From a bacterium (GTDB taxonomy: Bacteria; Verrucomicrobiota; Kiritimatiellia; CAIKKV01; CAITUY01): a stretch of 64,000 bases of DNA. The notes under the pieces are model-generated. The model worked only from the letters and a program-made list of their open reading frames with translations, made no database searches and was not told where the DNA came from. The translations under genes and the position numbers were made by a program. Positions 45,555 to 54,987 of this stretch are shown in pieces; position 1 is the stretch's first letter, and the number at the start of each line of letters is the position of its first letter. The stretch lies in the NCBI GenBank assembly GCA_037134355.1, contig JBAXMJ010000002.1, positions 11,111 to 75,110 of the forward strand, in the 5' to 3' direction.

Positions 45555-48500
45555 TCACGAAACCTTCTTGATGGTCTTCGCAGCGTCCAGGGCGTTTCGG
45601 ATTGCGTCTGCAATCTGGCGAAGGACGATGGGCTTCATCAGGATTTCGTGGATGCCTTCCGCCAGCAGATCCTGATCGGACACCGTCTTGCTGAAGCCTG
45701 TGCATAGCAGGGTTGGAATATCGCGCCGGATCGCATGCATTTCCCGAACCATTTCCATACCGGTCATTCCTGGCATGATCTGGTCGGTAATAATGAGATC
45801 AAACCGCTTGGGTTCCTGTTTGAAGATCGCAAGGGCGTCCTTAGCCCGATTGGCGGTTGTTACCTGATACCCGAGAGCGGTGAGCATCTGGGTTGCCATA
45901 GCCACAATGCCGGGTTCGTCATCCACAAACATGATCGATTCGGAGCCCCGAGGCAGCGGATCGTTTGATGAGGCAATTTGCTCAGCAGCCTCTGCAATCA
46001 GAGGCAGGAAAAGGTGGAAGGTAGTGCCCTTGCCGACTTCGCTTTCCACGGTGATGATGCCCTGCAGGGAAGAGATGATCCCGTGCACCACCGACAACCC
46101 CATGCCGGTTCCTTCCCCGCTCCGCTTGGTCGTGAAAAAGGGCTCAAAAATCCGGTCCATGACAGCGCGGTCCATGCCGTGACCAGTATCGCGGATGTAG
46201 ATTTCCAGATAGGCGCCGAACCGCAACCGGGCCAAAGCTCCCCGCGTCCGGCTATCCACATTAACCGGACGCATGCCGACTTCCAGGATGCCCCCCTTGT
46301 CTTTCATGGCGTGGAGTGCGTTGGTACACAGGTTCATGATCACCTGGTGCATCTGTGTGGGATCAGCCTTCACGATGTCGCGATCAATTTGGATCTGGGT
46401 TCGCAATTCGATGAGGGGCGGGACGGATCCCCGGAGTAACTGGATGACTTCCTTGACCAGGGGAATCAGGCGGAGGGGTTTCGCCTCATGTTCAGTCTGG
46501 CGGCTGAAGGTCAGGATTTGTTTGACCAGTTCCTTGGCGCGATGGCTGGCCTTCAGGACTTCCTCAAGATTGGGCTGAATAGGGTCATCGGGACCGGCGG
46601 TCAACATGGCCATTTCAGTATAGCCGATGATGGGGGTGAGGATATTGTTGAAGTCATGAGCGATGCCGCCGGCCAGAGTGCCGATGGCTTCCATTTTCTG
46701 GGCCTGGCGCAGCATTCTCTCGTGCTGGTGAAGGGTGTCCTCGGCGCGGCGGTGCTCGGTTATATCCTGGATTTGGACCATGAACCCCTTGGGTTTATAA
46801 TCCGCATTCAAACCCAGGTTTGTGACCAGAATGTCAAAATGACTTTTCCCCGTCCGTGTGGAGGCGTACCGGTTCTCGCGTTTTACCTCGTCGAAGTCGG
46901 TGACATTCTCATAACGAACGGTCCCTCCCTTTGAGAGCGTTGTTTGGGATTCCGGAGACAGGTTTCCCGAATCCAGGAGCCGGATGGCGGAAAAAGCGGA
47001 GTGCTCGCTTAATCCGAACATGGCCATCGCGGCCTGATTGACCTCGGTCAGTTCCCGGGAGGGGCTGTACAAGGCGACGCCGATGGGGGAGCGGGAAAAG
47101 AAATCAGAGAAACGCTGTTCGCTTTCCCTGAGAGCCAATTGGGCTTTCCGGCGGGCGGTGATGTCGTGCAGGTGATAATAGACAATGGGCTTCCCCTCAT
47201 GGTCGAGGATGCGGAGGGTAACCTCAAAGGGTTTTTCTCCTCCAGTTTTGGTCCGAAACGAGAGTTCAGTGGTAAGCGAGGCGGGTGGACCGTTTTCCGG
47301 TAAAGCATCCGGCAGGTGGGCATCCTTCCATTTTGAAAGCAGTTTGGAATAACGGGGACCGCCAGCGCTCTCGAAATTGATTTCGATATCGCGAGGAGAC
47401 AGTGCCAACAGTTCTTCGCGGCTGAAGCCCAGGTGCATACAGGCGGGTTCGTTGACTTCCAGAAATTTACCCGGAATGCCTTTTGCATCCACGCCGTGAA
47501 TCAAGATGGCATCGGGAGTGTTGTTCAAAAGGGTTCGATACCAGTTCTTGTTGGCCTCCGCGATCTCTTCGCGGCGAAGATGGTCATCCACGGTTTTTAA
47601 CAATTGACGGTTGGAGGCGGCTAGTTTTTCAGTTCGATTCTCGACGCGTTTTGAAGCCTGGATGATAATCCCGAAAAGGAGTCCGCCTCCGAGTAGTAAG
47701 GACAGGAGAATCAGGCCTGCTTTCGCAAAGAGAGACAGAGGCTCCTGATATCCCGTCCATTTGGATAGAGTCCGGAAATAGTGGGAATCCCTGTTCTGTT
47801 TAAGGGATACAAGTTCTGTTTCAAGTTTAAGAAGAAGTTGTCGATTCGTGTCGCGTGCCACGGCAAAATGAAAATCCACCGGGCCTGTGGTGATGAGACT
47901 GGTGACCAGGCCGTATTGTCCTTTGTTTTTTGCATTAAAGAAATGGTCTACCAAACCGCCATCCGCACGTTTAGCCTGAACGGCCTGCAGAACATCGGCA
48001 TAACTCCGCATTTCCAGAAATTGGCATTTTGAACGGGCTTCACGGAGCGCTTCCTGAAGGCGGATGTAATGAATGTCGTCGCGGACTACGGCGATCGTTT
48101 TTCCATTCAAATCCTTGAGGGAGGAAACGGGATTGCCGGGGGGCACGATGATTTGCGCATGGGAGATGAGAATGGCGCTCGGACTGTAGTCTAACTTGTC
48201 AGCGCCATCGAGCGGGAGTGGGGCCGGAACAATCAGATCGACGTCCCCCTTTATGAGTTTATTGATGATGGATATCCGGGAATCCACCTGATAAACGAAC
48301 TTCCAGCCGGTGCGAGCCGCCATATCTTCGAGCAGGTCAATACAAAGGCCCTCCGGGGTTCTCTGATCCTGGCCCAAGGTGGTTAACGGGGGTTGCAGGG
48401 TCACTCCCACCCGGATTGTTTCGGCGGAAAGCTGCCACCCTGCAAGCAGGGTGAAGGCCAGAAATGATAGCGCTGTTTTTCTCATGAATCCGCAAGTCAA
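45555..48500 (-). CDS. Hybrid sensor histidine kinase with two periplasmic solute-binding (PBPb) domains, PAS domains, HisKA/HATPase and a C-terminal receiver
   Basis: 981 aa. Signal peptide. Two family-3 SBP-like domains. TM helix. PAS repeats. H-box AHDFNNILTPI. G2 box GTGMGLSVV. C-terminal REC (FVDDEPGIV...ITDQIMPGMTG). Confidence 0.85.
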   Translation of the reverse strand: MTCGFMRKTALSFLAFTLLAGWQLSAETIRVGVTLQPPLTTLGQDQRTPEGLCIDLLEDMAARTGWKFVYQVDSRISIINKLIKGDVDLIVPAPLPLDGADKLDYSPSAILISHAQIIVPPGNPVSSLKDLNGKTIAVVRDDIHYIRLQEALREARSKCQFLEMRSYADVLQAVQAKRADGGLVDHFFNAKNKGQYGLVTSLITTGPVDFHFAVARDTNRQLLLKLETELVSLKQNRDSHYFRTLSKWTGYQEPLSLFAKAGLILLSLLLGGGLLFGIIIQASKRVENRTEKLAASNRQLLKTVDDHLRREEIAEANKNWYRTLLNNTPDAILIHGVDAKGIPGKFLEVNEPACMHLGFSREELLALSPRDIEINFESAGGPRYSKLLSKWKDAHLPDALPENGPPASLTTELSFRTKTGGEKPFEVTLRILDHEGKPIVYYHLHDITARRKAQLALRESEQRFSDFFSRSPIGVALYSPSRELTEVNQAAMAMFGLSEHSAFSAIRLLDSGNLSPESQTTLSKGGTVRYENVTDFDEVKRENRYASTRTGKSHFDILVTNLGLNADYKPKGFMVQIQDITEHRRAEDTLHQHERMLRQAQKMEAIGTLAGGIAHDFNNILTPIIGYTEMAMLTAGPDDPIQPNLEEVLKASHRAKELVKQILTFSRQTEHEAKPLRLIPLVKEVIQLLRGSVPPLIELRTQIQIDRDIVKADPTQMHQVIMNLCTNALHAMKDKGGILEVGMRPVNVDSRTRGALARLRFGAYLEIYIRDTGHGMDRAVMDRIFEPFFTTKRSGEGTGMGLSVVHGIISSLQGIITVESEVGKGTTFHLFLPLIAEAAEQIASSNDPLPRGSESIMFVDDEPGIVAMATQMLTALGYQVTTANRAKDALAIFKQEPKRFDLIITDQIMPGMTGMEMVREMHAIRRDIPTLLCTGFSKTVSDQDLLAEGIHEILMKPIVLRQIADAIRNALDAAKTIKKVS

Positions 48501-48548
48501 GTTAGTCCGAATCTACCATAACGGCATTGCGGAACCAGTAAGAAATTT

Positions 48549-49355
48549 TCAGCGCCCTTCGAGCTGGGCGATGGCCCGCTTCATGCATTTTCCATCAATG
48601 GTCCAGGTTCCCGAGACATATCCCGCGAGAAGGGCATTGTCGCAAACGGCGTTGATCAGGCGCGGAATCCCGCCCGAATAGCGGTGGGCAAGGTGGAGGG
48701 CCTTGTTTTCAAAAACAAGGCTTTCCCCGGCTCCGGCGGTTTTCAACCGGTGCGTGACATAGGCCTCGATCTCGCTTTCGTCAAGGGGGCCGAGATGGTA
48801 TCGGACCGTGATCCGCTGCCGCAACTGACGCAGAGAGGCATCGTTCAGTTTGTCCGCCAGTTCAGGCTGTCCGATGAGGACGATCTGGATGAGCTTCTGG
48901 TGGGTGGTCTCGAGGTTGGACAGCAACCGTATCTGTTCCATGAGTTTCAGGGAAAGATTCTGGGACTCGTCAATCAGCAAGGCGACATTTTCTTTGGCTT
49001 CCATTTTGGCCAGCAGGAAGGAGTTAAGGGTCTGGATCAGTTTCAGCATATCCTTGCCGGCTGTCTTCAATCCGAAATCCTGAAGGATGGCCCGGATCAG
49101 TTGGGTTTCGGTCAGGCAGGGATTCAGGATCAGAGCGGTTTGGACATTCTGGCCGAGTTCTGCGAGGACGGCCCGGCAGAGTGTTGTCTTCCCTGAGCCG
49201 ATCTCGCCGGTAAGTTGAATAAAGCCCTTGCGTCCCCGGATGCCATACATGACGTGATTATAGGCTTCCCGGTGTTGACGGGACATAAACAGGTAGTGGG
49301 GATCCGGAGTGATGTTGAATGGCGCTTCCTTGAGTTTGAAAAAATCGAGGTACAT
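48549..49355 (-). CDS. ExeA/GspA-like AAA+ ATPase
   Basis: 268 aa. Walker A GEIGSGKTT. Walker B LLIDESQ. N-terminus MYLDFFKLKEAPFNITPDP is characteristic of ExeA-family proteins. Confidence 0.7.
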   Translation of the reverse strand: MYLDFFKLKEAPFNITPDPHYLFMSRQHREAYNHVMYGIRGRKGFIQLTGEIGSGKTTLCRAVLAELGQNVQTALILNPCLTETQLIRAILQDFGLKTAGKDMLKLIQTLNSFLLAKMEAKENVALLIDESQNLSLKLMEQIRLLSNLETTHQKLIQIVLIGQPELADKLNDASLRQLRQRITVRYHLGPLDESEIEAYVTHRLKTAGAGESLVFENKALHLAHRYSGGIPRLINAVCDNALLAGYVSGTWTIDGKCMKRAIAQLEGR

Positions 49356-49356
49356 A

Positions 49357-51141
49357 TCAGGGCTGTCCCGCTTCTCCCGCGAAACGCCAGGTTGATCGGG
49401 TGTCGCGGGTGAGGGGCAGGTTCAATAGCCGTGCCCGGACTAACTCAATAGGAATGGCTCCTTCGAAAAGCACGGCGTCATGGAAGGCCTGTTCCGTCAT
49501 TTTCCCCGACCCCACAACTTCGTGGTGGAGTGCTTCCAATTGAAGGGCGCCCAGCGTGTAGGCGGCGGGGTAGAGGGGTGGGAATCCGTCTCCAATGAAG
49601 CGTCGGACTTCGGCTGTGGCTCCGAGACGTTCATGTCCGACTCGATTGACCAGAAAATCCACCATGTCGGGTGGAGTCATTTTGCCGAGATGGAATTGGA
49701 GGGCCACCACTACACGGGCGGCCCGGTTGATTCGCCAGAAGAGCATTCCGAGCCGGTCTTCAGGAGTGGTTGCCCAGCCCAGATCCCAGAAGCGCCTTTC
49801 GCCGTAATGTGCCCAGCCCTCGACATAAAATGGGGTGCTGAAGAGAGCGCGATGGGGCTGGTGCCGGGTTGCCTGAAATCGCTGGAGATGGTGACCTGGA
49901 ATGAGTTCATGGGGAGTCACGGTGCGCATGAAGTGGCGATTATTGCCGCGCATGGTCATGAGTTTATCCTCATGGTTCATGTCGTCGCGGGCATAGGCGA
50001 TCATCATGGTCTGTCCATTGTAGGCGGCGTAGGGGATGGTTTTCAGGGTTTCCGGTGGCATCATGGTCAGGCGCCAGGTCTCCTCGCAAAGCGGGGGGGT
50101 CGTCACCAGTTTATGGTCTTGGCAGAAGCGGACGGCGCTCAGGGCCGTTTCACGGATCAGGGAGTCCTGCGCGCCCGGGGCTACAAAATCCGCCTTCACC
50201 CGGGTCAGGGCGGATTTCCAGTCGTCGCCGCATCCCATGGCCCGTGCCTCAACTTTCATCGCCTTTTCACACCAGGTCATTTCTCTTTCGCCGAGGAATA
50301 GGAGTGCGCGGGCGTCATAGGGAAGGAACTCGCGACGGAGCGCGGTGGCCACTGCTGCTTCGCCCACAGGCTGGCCGACGAGGGGATCATCATCCTTGCC
50401 CTTGATGCCGGCCGCATTTTCCCGGAGCACCTTGATGTAGTCCTCTATCGCCTTGTCGGCTTCTTCATAGGGCTTTCTCAGCCACCAGGAAAACTCCGGA
50501 TTGAACCCATCATAAAACGCGAACCACGACTTCAGGGTTCCTCTGAGCAGTGTGGCGGCGGCGGCGGCTTTGTTGGCCAGAGGGGCCGTAACTTTAAGCG
50601 GTGGGCCGGTGGACGAATGGGTGGCGGCGGTGCTGTTGGAGGGAGCGATATTCAAGCCAAGTTCGACGCGAACTTTGAGGTCCTTGATTTGTTTGGCCAG
50701 TTCGCTTACCCGCGCGGCTGCCTCGCGGCTGTCGAGCTGTGTGCCCTCCCACCGGGCCTGTTCCAAGGTGTAAAGGAGGCTCCGGAAGGCGAGGACAGAA
50801 TCCATTTCAGCCCACTCTTTCCGCTCGAAGGCGATGTCGTCGAGGCCGCATTCCAGCTCATTCCGGAGGAGGATGGTGTCCACTTTTCCGGAGGGAGGAA
50901 GTGAATCGAAATCCACGGCACGGAGCCGGGTCAGCCACTGGGTGTACAAGGAATTAAGGTGATCAAACCGCAGGGGGGCTCCGGGTAGATCCGTGGCGTT
51001 CATGACGTCCTGACGGTCGGCGGCAAATTGGGTGATTAACTGGGGCAGAACGGCATCCGGGGGCGCCTCGGCCAATAACCCGAATGGCACTGCCAGGAAA
51101 AGGGTCGTCGCGGTCAATAAGGGCAGAGCGGCTTGTTTCAT
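49357..51141 (-). CDS. DUF885-like secreted protein (putative metallopeptidase fold; HELIPGHHLQ motif)
   Basis: 594 aa. Signal peptide MKQAALPLLTATTLFLAVPFGLLA. HExxxGHH-type motif near the C-terminal third. Confidence 0.5.
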   Translation of the reverse strand: MKQAALPLLTATTLFLAVPFGLLAEAPPDAVLPQLITQFAADRQDVMNATDLPGAPLRFDHLNSLYTQWLTRLRAVDFDSLPPSGKVDTILLRNELECGLDDIAFERKEWAEMDSVLAFRSLLYTLEQARWEGTQLDSREAAARVSELAKQIKDLKVRVELGLNIAPSNSTAATHSSTGPPLKVTAPLANKAAAAATLLRGTLKSWFAFYDGFNPEFSWWLRKPYEEADKAIEDYIKVLRENAAGIKGKDDDPLVGQPVGEAAVATALRREFLPYDARALLFLGEREMTWCEKAMKVEARAMGCGDDWKSALTRVKADFVAPGAQDSLIRETALSAVRFCQDHKLVTTPPLCEETWRLTMMPPETLKTIPYAAYNGQTMMIAYARDDMNHEDKLMTMRGNNRHFMRTVTPHELIPGHHLQRFQATRHQPHRALFSTPFYVEGWAHYGERRFWDLGWATTPEDRLGMLFWRINRAARVVVALQFHLGKMTPPDMVDFLVNRVGHERLGATAEVRRFIGDGFPPLYPAAYTLGALQLEALHHEVVGSGKMTEQAFHDAVLFEGAIPIELVRARLLNLPLTRDTRSTWRFAGEAGQP

Positions 51142-51189
51142 GTTCGTTCCTGAGTCTTTCTTTTTCGAAGGGATCAGTCGAGTCTAAAG

Positions 51190-51966
51190 TCAAGGGCCGG
51201 TCGTTCGCGGGCTGAGCCACTTTTGTTCAAGGGTGTCGAGGGAGGGGGCGTCATGAGGGTAGGCGGCGGCCAGGGCGGCGGCAAGATCCTTGCCATCCCG
51301 GAGGGCGCGGCAGAAAGACCCGAAGGAATCGCCCCCGTAGGTCTTGATCAGGAATCCGACCACACTGGATGATTGGGCATAAAAAAGAGACACGCGCTCC
51401 CGGTCAGTATCCCGGCGGATATCCATGCTGAACAGGGTTTTGAGCAGAAATCGACGGGACATCAGGCCGCCAGCCGCAGGAGGCTTGCGGCCACTCTGCT
51501 CCCATTCTGAAAACCCTTCCGTGAGCCAAAGAGGAACACGGGATTCACCTATGAAATCAGAGAGGATCAGGTGGGCCAATTCATGAGGAAGCAGGTCGGA
51601 GAGGAATCCTTCGCCGCTCTGACGGTAACTGGCGATTTCGTGGCGTTGCGGGCTGGCCCGGCCGGCCGCCCAGGCCGGGGCGTCACAGGCCTCTGAAAAG
51701 GCGGCGGCCGTGGGGTAGATCAGGATCTTTACCCGGTTATCCCAGAGCCAGAAATTCTGGTAGCGCGTGTAGCCGAGATCGGTAGCGATGGTGGAGTAAT
51801 AGGATTCCGCGCGTTCAGAAACGGTTTTGGCGAGGGGCTCGTCGCCGATGTGAAGCACGATAAAATGGGTGGAACTGACCTTTTGCCACGAGGGAGTATC
51901 GGCGGCAGGGGATAAGCTGGCGAAGAATGCCAGACTGGCGGTCAGGATAAGAAAGCGTCCATTCAC
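51190..51966 (-). CDS. Secreted hypothetical protein with an HExxH motif (putative zinc metalloprotease-like)
   Basis: 258 aa. Signal peptide MNGRFLILTASLAFFASLSPAA. HELAHLIL motif. Confidence 0.5.
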   Translation of the reverse strand: MNGRFLILTASLAFFASLSPAADTPSWQKVSSTHFIVLHIGDEPLAKTVSERAESYYSTIATDLGYTRYQNFWLWDNRVKILIYPTAAAFSEACDAPAWAAGRASPQRHEIASYRQSGEGFLSDLLPHELAHLILSDFIGESRVPLWLTEGFSEWEQSGRKPPAAGGLMSRRFLLKTLFSMDIRRDTDRERVSLFYAQSSSVVGFLIKTYGGDSFGSFCRALRDGKDLAAALAAAYPHDAPSLDTLEQKWLSPRTTGP

Positions 51967-52061
51967 GGTGTCCTATTGTTGCGGACAGCCGGCGGAAGGC
52001 GAGAAAAAAAACGAGGCCGGCCTTTCGGGGCCGACCTCGTTTCGGGGTTTTTTGGCGGGGG

Positions 52062-52856
52062 TTAGAACACGTAGGAGGCCTTCAGGCTTCCCGCCACGAA
52101 CTCACTGTCCTTGTAGAGTCCGGCCGCACCGTCCTTGATAGCGCTATCAGGTAGGGCGGTATACTGGACTCCGGGAGTAATGGTGAGGGACTTGGTCACC
52201 GGGATGCTCAGAGACGCGCCGACGTTCATATCGTTCAGCGCATTCTCGTCCACACCGAAGTAGAACGAGTTGTAGTTGGCGGTCGCCGCACCAAGCGAGG
52301 CGAAGAGGGACAACGTGACCTTCTCTGCAATACTGTGACTATAGGCCAGCGAGAACACCCCGTAGAAACCGTCAGCCTCGTCGAAGTCATAGTAGACGCT
52401 CAGCGAGGGTATGATCGGCAGCGTGGGCAAGCCAACCGAGGCGTAAACTTCCCGGGTTCCTCCGAAGGTGGTGTTCGGGAAAGTATACTCAACCAATCCC
52501 GTTCCCAGCGCTACGGCGCCAACCGTCTTTGAATAGCCGAACGTCAGGTCCAACTCCGACAGATCAGGAGCATCCTCGGTGACGGCATCCGTGAGATTCA
52601 TGTTACCCCACGTATTGATCGTGAAGGCGCCCTTGCCCAGGGTGAAGGAAGGTTGGAGAACCGCTTCATTGTTCAATACCTGACCGCGCCAGACGTAGCC
52701 GTTCAAGACCGTGGCTTCTGCCACGGCGGTCGGCGGGGTCGGGGCTGGATCCTCGGCGCGGACCATGCTAGTTACGCCCAGCACCGCTACCGTCATGATG
52801 CATTTCAAGCCGTTGTTCAGTAATCGTCCCATCATCTCGTTTGTTTTCGTTTTCAT
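52062..52856 (-). CDS. Outer-membrane beta-barrel (porin-like) protein upstream of glnK-amtB
   Basis: 264 aa. Signal peptide. Alternating amphipathic beta-strands. C-terminal aromatic (..KASYVF). Confidence 0.5.
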   Translation of the reverse strand: MKTKTNEMMGRLLNNGLKCIMTVAVLGVTSMVRAEDPAPTPPTAVAEATVLNGYVWRGQVLNNEAVLQPSFTLGKGAFTINTWGNMNLTDAVTEDAPDLSELDLTFGYSKTVGAVALGTGLVEYTFPNTTFGGTREVYASVGLPTLPIIPSLSVYYDFDEADGFYGVFSLAYSHSIAEKVTLSLFASLGAATANYNSFYFGVDENALNDMNVGASLSIPVTKSLTITPGVQYTALPDSAIKDGAAGLYKDSEFVAGSLKASYVF

Positions 52857-52897
52857 CTTATTCGATCCTTCTTTCTTTATGTTAGTTTCAAAGAGTC

Positions 52898-52929
52898 GGG
52901 TGGCGGCGTCCTGTCCGGGGCCGCCACCC
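52898..52929 (-). terminator. GC-rich hairpin between glnK and the OMP gene (possible intrinsic or bidirectional terminator)
   Basis: GGGTGGCGGC-loop-GCCGCCACCC 10-bp stem. Flanked by T-rich tracts on both strands (CTTTATGTTTG; CTCTTTGAAACT). Confidence 0.35.
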
Positions 52930-52942
52930 CTTTATGTTTGCC

Positions 52943-53284
52943 TTATCCGATCGCTTCGTGTCCTGTTTCACCGGTCCGGATGCGAACGCACTGTTCCAGA
53001 TCGAGGACAAAGATTTTTCCGTCCCCGACTTCCCCGGTTCGTGCCCCTCCGGTGATAGCCTCGATGGCCGCCTTGACATAATCGTCATTCACGCCAATCT
53101 CGAGCTTCATCTTTTTCAGCAGGGTACCGGCTTCCTTGTGGCTCCGGTAAACCTGGGCGATACCGCCCTGGCGCCCGCGCCCCATTACGCTCGATGCGGT
53201 GACCAGGTGCACTTTGCTTGCCGTGAGCCGTTCCAGGACTTCGTCCAACCGGTCGGGCTGTATAATTGCTACGATGTATTTCAT
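52943..53284 (-). CDS. glnK: Nitrogen regulatory protein P-II
   Basis: 113 aa. MKYIVAIIQPDRLDEVLERL... T-loop region RGRQGG..YR. Immediately downstream of amtB. Confidence 0.9.
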   Translation of the reverse strand: MKYIVAIIQPDRLDEVLERLTASKVHLVTASSVMGRGRQGGIAQVYRSHKEAGTLLKKMKLEIGVNDDYVKAAIEAITGGARTGEVGDGKIFVLDLEQCVRIRTGETGHEAIG

Positions 53285-53324
53285 TTTATTTCTCCTTCAC
53301 TTCGTCGTTATCTTGGTTGTTTTC

Positions 53325-54701
53325 TTAGTCCAGCACGGTGTAACCGGTTTCACGATGGTCCGTCAGATCAAGTCCGATCCGTTCAGACTGTTCCGTTGCC
53401 CGCAGGCCGATCACCCCATCCACCAACTTCAGCAGGACGAAACTGACCACGCCGGAATAAGCCACGGTGATCGCCACCGCCTTGAGTTGGATGATGAACT
53501 GGGCCGGGTTCCCGTAGAACAGGCCGTTTGCGCCGGCGCTGTTGACGGCTGTGGTCGCCCACAATCCCGTGGCCAGCGCGCCCCAGATTCCGCCCACGCA
53601 ATGCACGCCGAAGGCATCCAGTGCGTCATCATACCCGAGCTTCTCCTTCACGAAGGTCACGAACAGGTAGCAGATAACTCCCGCGCCCAGCCCGATACCC
53701 ATGGCTCCACCAACCGTGACGAAGCCTGCAGCCGGAGTGATGGCCACCAATCCGGCCACCGCGCCTGAGATCAGGCCGAGTACCGTCATACGTCGGTTGA
53801 AGATCACATCCATTGTCGCCCAGGCCAGCCCTGCGACTGCGGTGGCAACATGCGTCACCACAAACGCGCTACCCGCAAGACCGTTCGCCGCGAGGGCGCT
53901 TCCGGCGTTAAAGCCATACCACCCGAACCACAGCAAGGCCGCACCCATGACCGCAAACGGCAGATTGTGGGGGGGTGAGAGTTTGTGGGGATGCCCGAGG
54001 CGGCGTCCCAGTACGAGGGCTGCGACCAAAGCCGCGATACCGGCATTGATATGCACGACCGTACCTCCGGCGAAGTCCAATGCGCCCATCTTGCGCACAA
54101 ACCCACCCATGCCCCAGACCCAGTGACACACGGGATCGTAGACAATCGTTGACCAGAGCACCATGAAGACCACAAATGCGGAGAACTTCATGCGCTCGGC
54201 AAAGGCTCCGATGATCAGGCCGGGAGTAATCACGGCGAACATCATCTGGAAGATCATGAAGACCTGGTGCGGAATTGTACCGGCATAGTCGGCATTCGGC
54301 TCCAGCCCCACGTTTTTCAGCATCGCCCAGTCCAGATTTCCGATCAGCCCCTTCACATCAGGTCCGAACGACAGGCTGTACCCGCAGATTACCCACTGCA
54401 GGCTCACGGCGCACATCAGGAAGAAGCACTGCATGAGAACCGAGAGCACGTTCTTTTTCCGTACCAGCCCTCCGTAGAAGAAGGCGAGCCCCGGAATGGT
54501 CATGAGCATGACCAATGCCGTGCTAACCAGCACCCAGGCGGTATCGCCTGAATTGACGGCCGACGCTGCGGCCACTGGGGCCGGAATCGCTGCGACAGCA
54601 GTGGTTACCGTTGTGGCGGCCTCTTCCGCCAGGGCGGGCAGCGCGCCCGCCAGTGCCATTCCCGTTCCTATAATCCCCGTTATCAATCCTATCCTTTTCA
54701 T
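53325..54701 (-). CDS. amtB: Ammonium transporter (Amt family)
   Basis: 458 aa. Signal peptide. 11 TM helices. Conserved Amt blocks (DFAGGTVVHINAG; GAFAERMKF). GGAGGAG SD. Confidence 0.9.
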   Translation of the reverse strand: MKRIGLITGIIGTGMALAGALPALAEEAATTVTTAVAAIPAPVAAASAVNSGDTAWVLVSTALVMLMTIPGLAFFYGGLVRKKNVLSVLMQCFFLMCAVSLQWVICGYSLSFGPDVKGLIGNLDWAMLKNVGLEPNADYAGTIPHQVFMIFQMMFAVITPGLIIGAFAERMKFSAFVVFMVLWSTIVYDPVCHWVWGMGGFVRKMGALDFAGGTVVHINAGIAALVAALVLGRRLGHPHKLSPPHNLPFAVMGAALLWFGWYGFNAGSALAANGLAGSAFVVTHVATAVAGLAWATMDVIFNRRMTVLGLISGAVAGLVAITPAAGFVTVGGAMGIGLGAGVICYLFVTFVKEKLGYDDALDAFGVHCVGGIWGALATGLWATTAVNSAGANGLFYGNPAQFIIQLKAVAITVAYSGVVSFVLLKLVDGVIGLRATEQSERIGLDLTDHRETGYTVLD

Positions 54702-54987
54702 ATCTCCTCCTCTTTCTTTATATTAAGGTCAATGTGACTTTGTATCAGAGCTTGTCAATACCATTATCCGTGCCAACCTCAGGCTAATGCTCAATTCTGA
54801 ATTACATAACATGCTCATAATAAAGATGATGCAAAGATAATATTAAATAAAATGCGCTGCTTTGCATGGCGACTGAAATACAAATACGTATTCAGTACAG
54901 TCAATACTACAATTCTGTATCACGGCAGCTCTTGACACTCGAGTGAGCTTCCTCTAGTTTAAATTCAACTTATTTTCTGGCGGTCAA

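Noticed and set aside
54740-54790. Sigma54 promoter for amtB (TTGGCACGgataATGGTA on the minus strand)
   Set aside because: The -24 GG element is present but the -12 TTGC is missing. Too weak to call.
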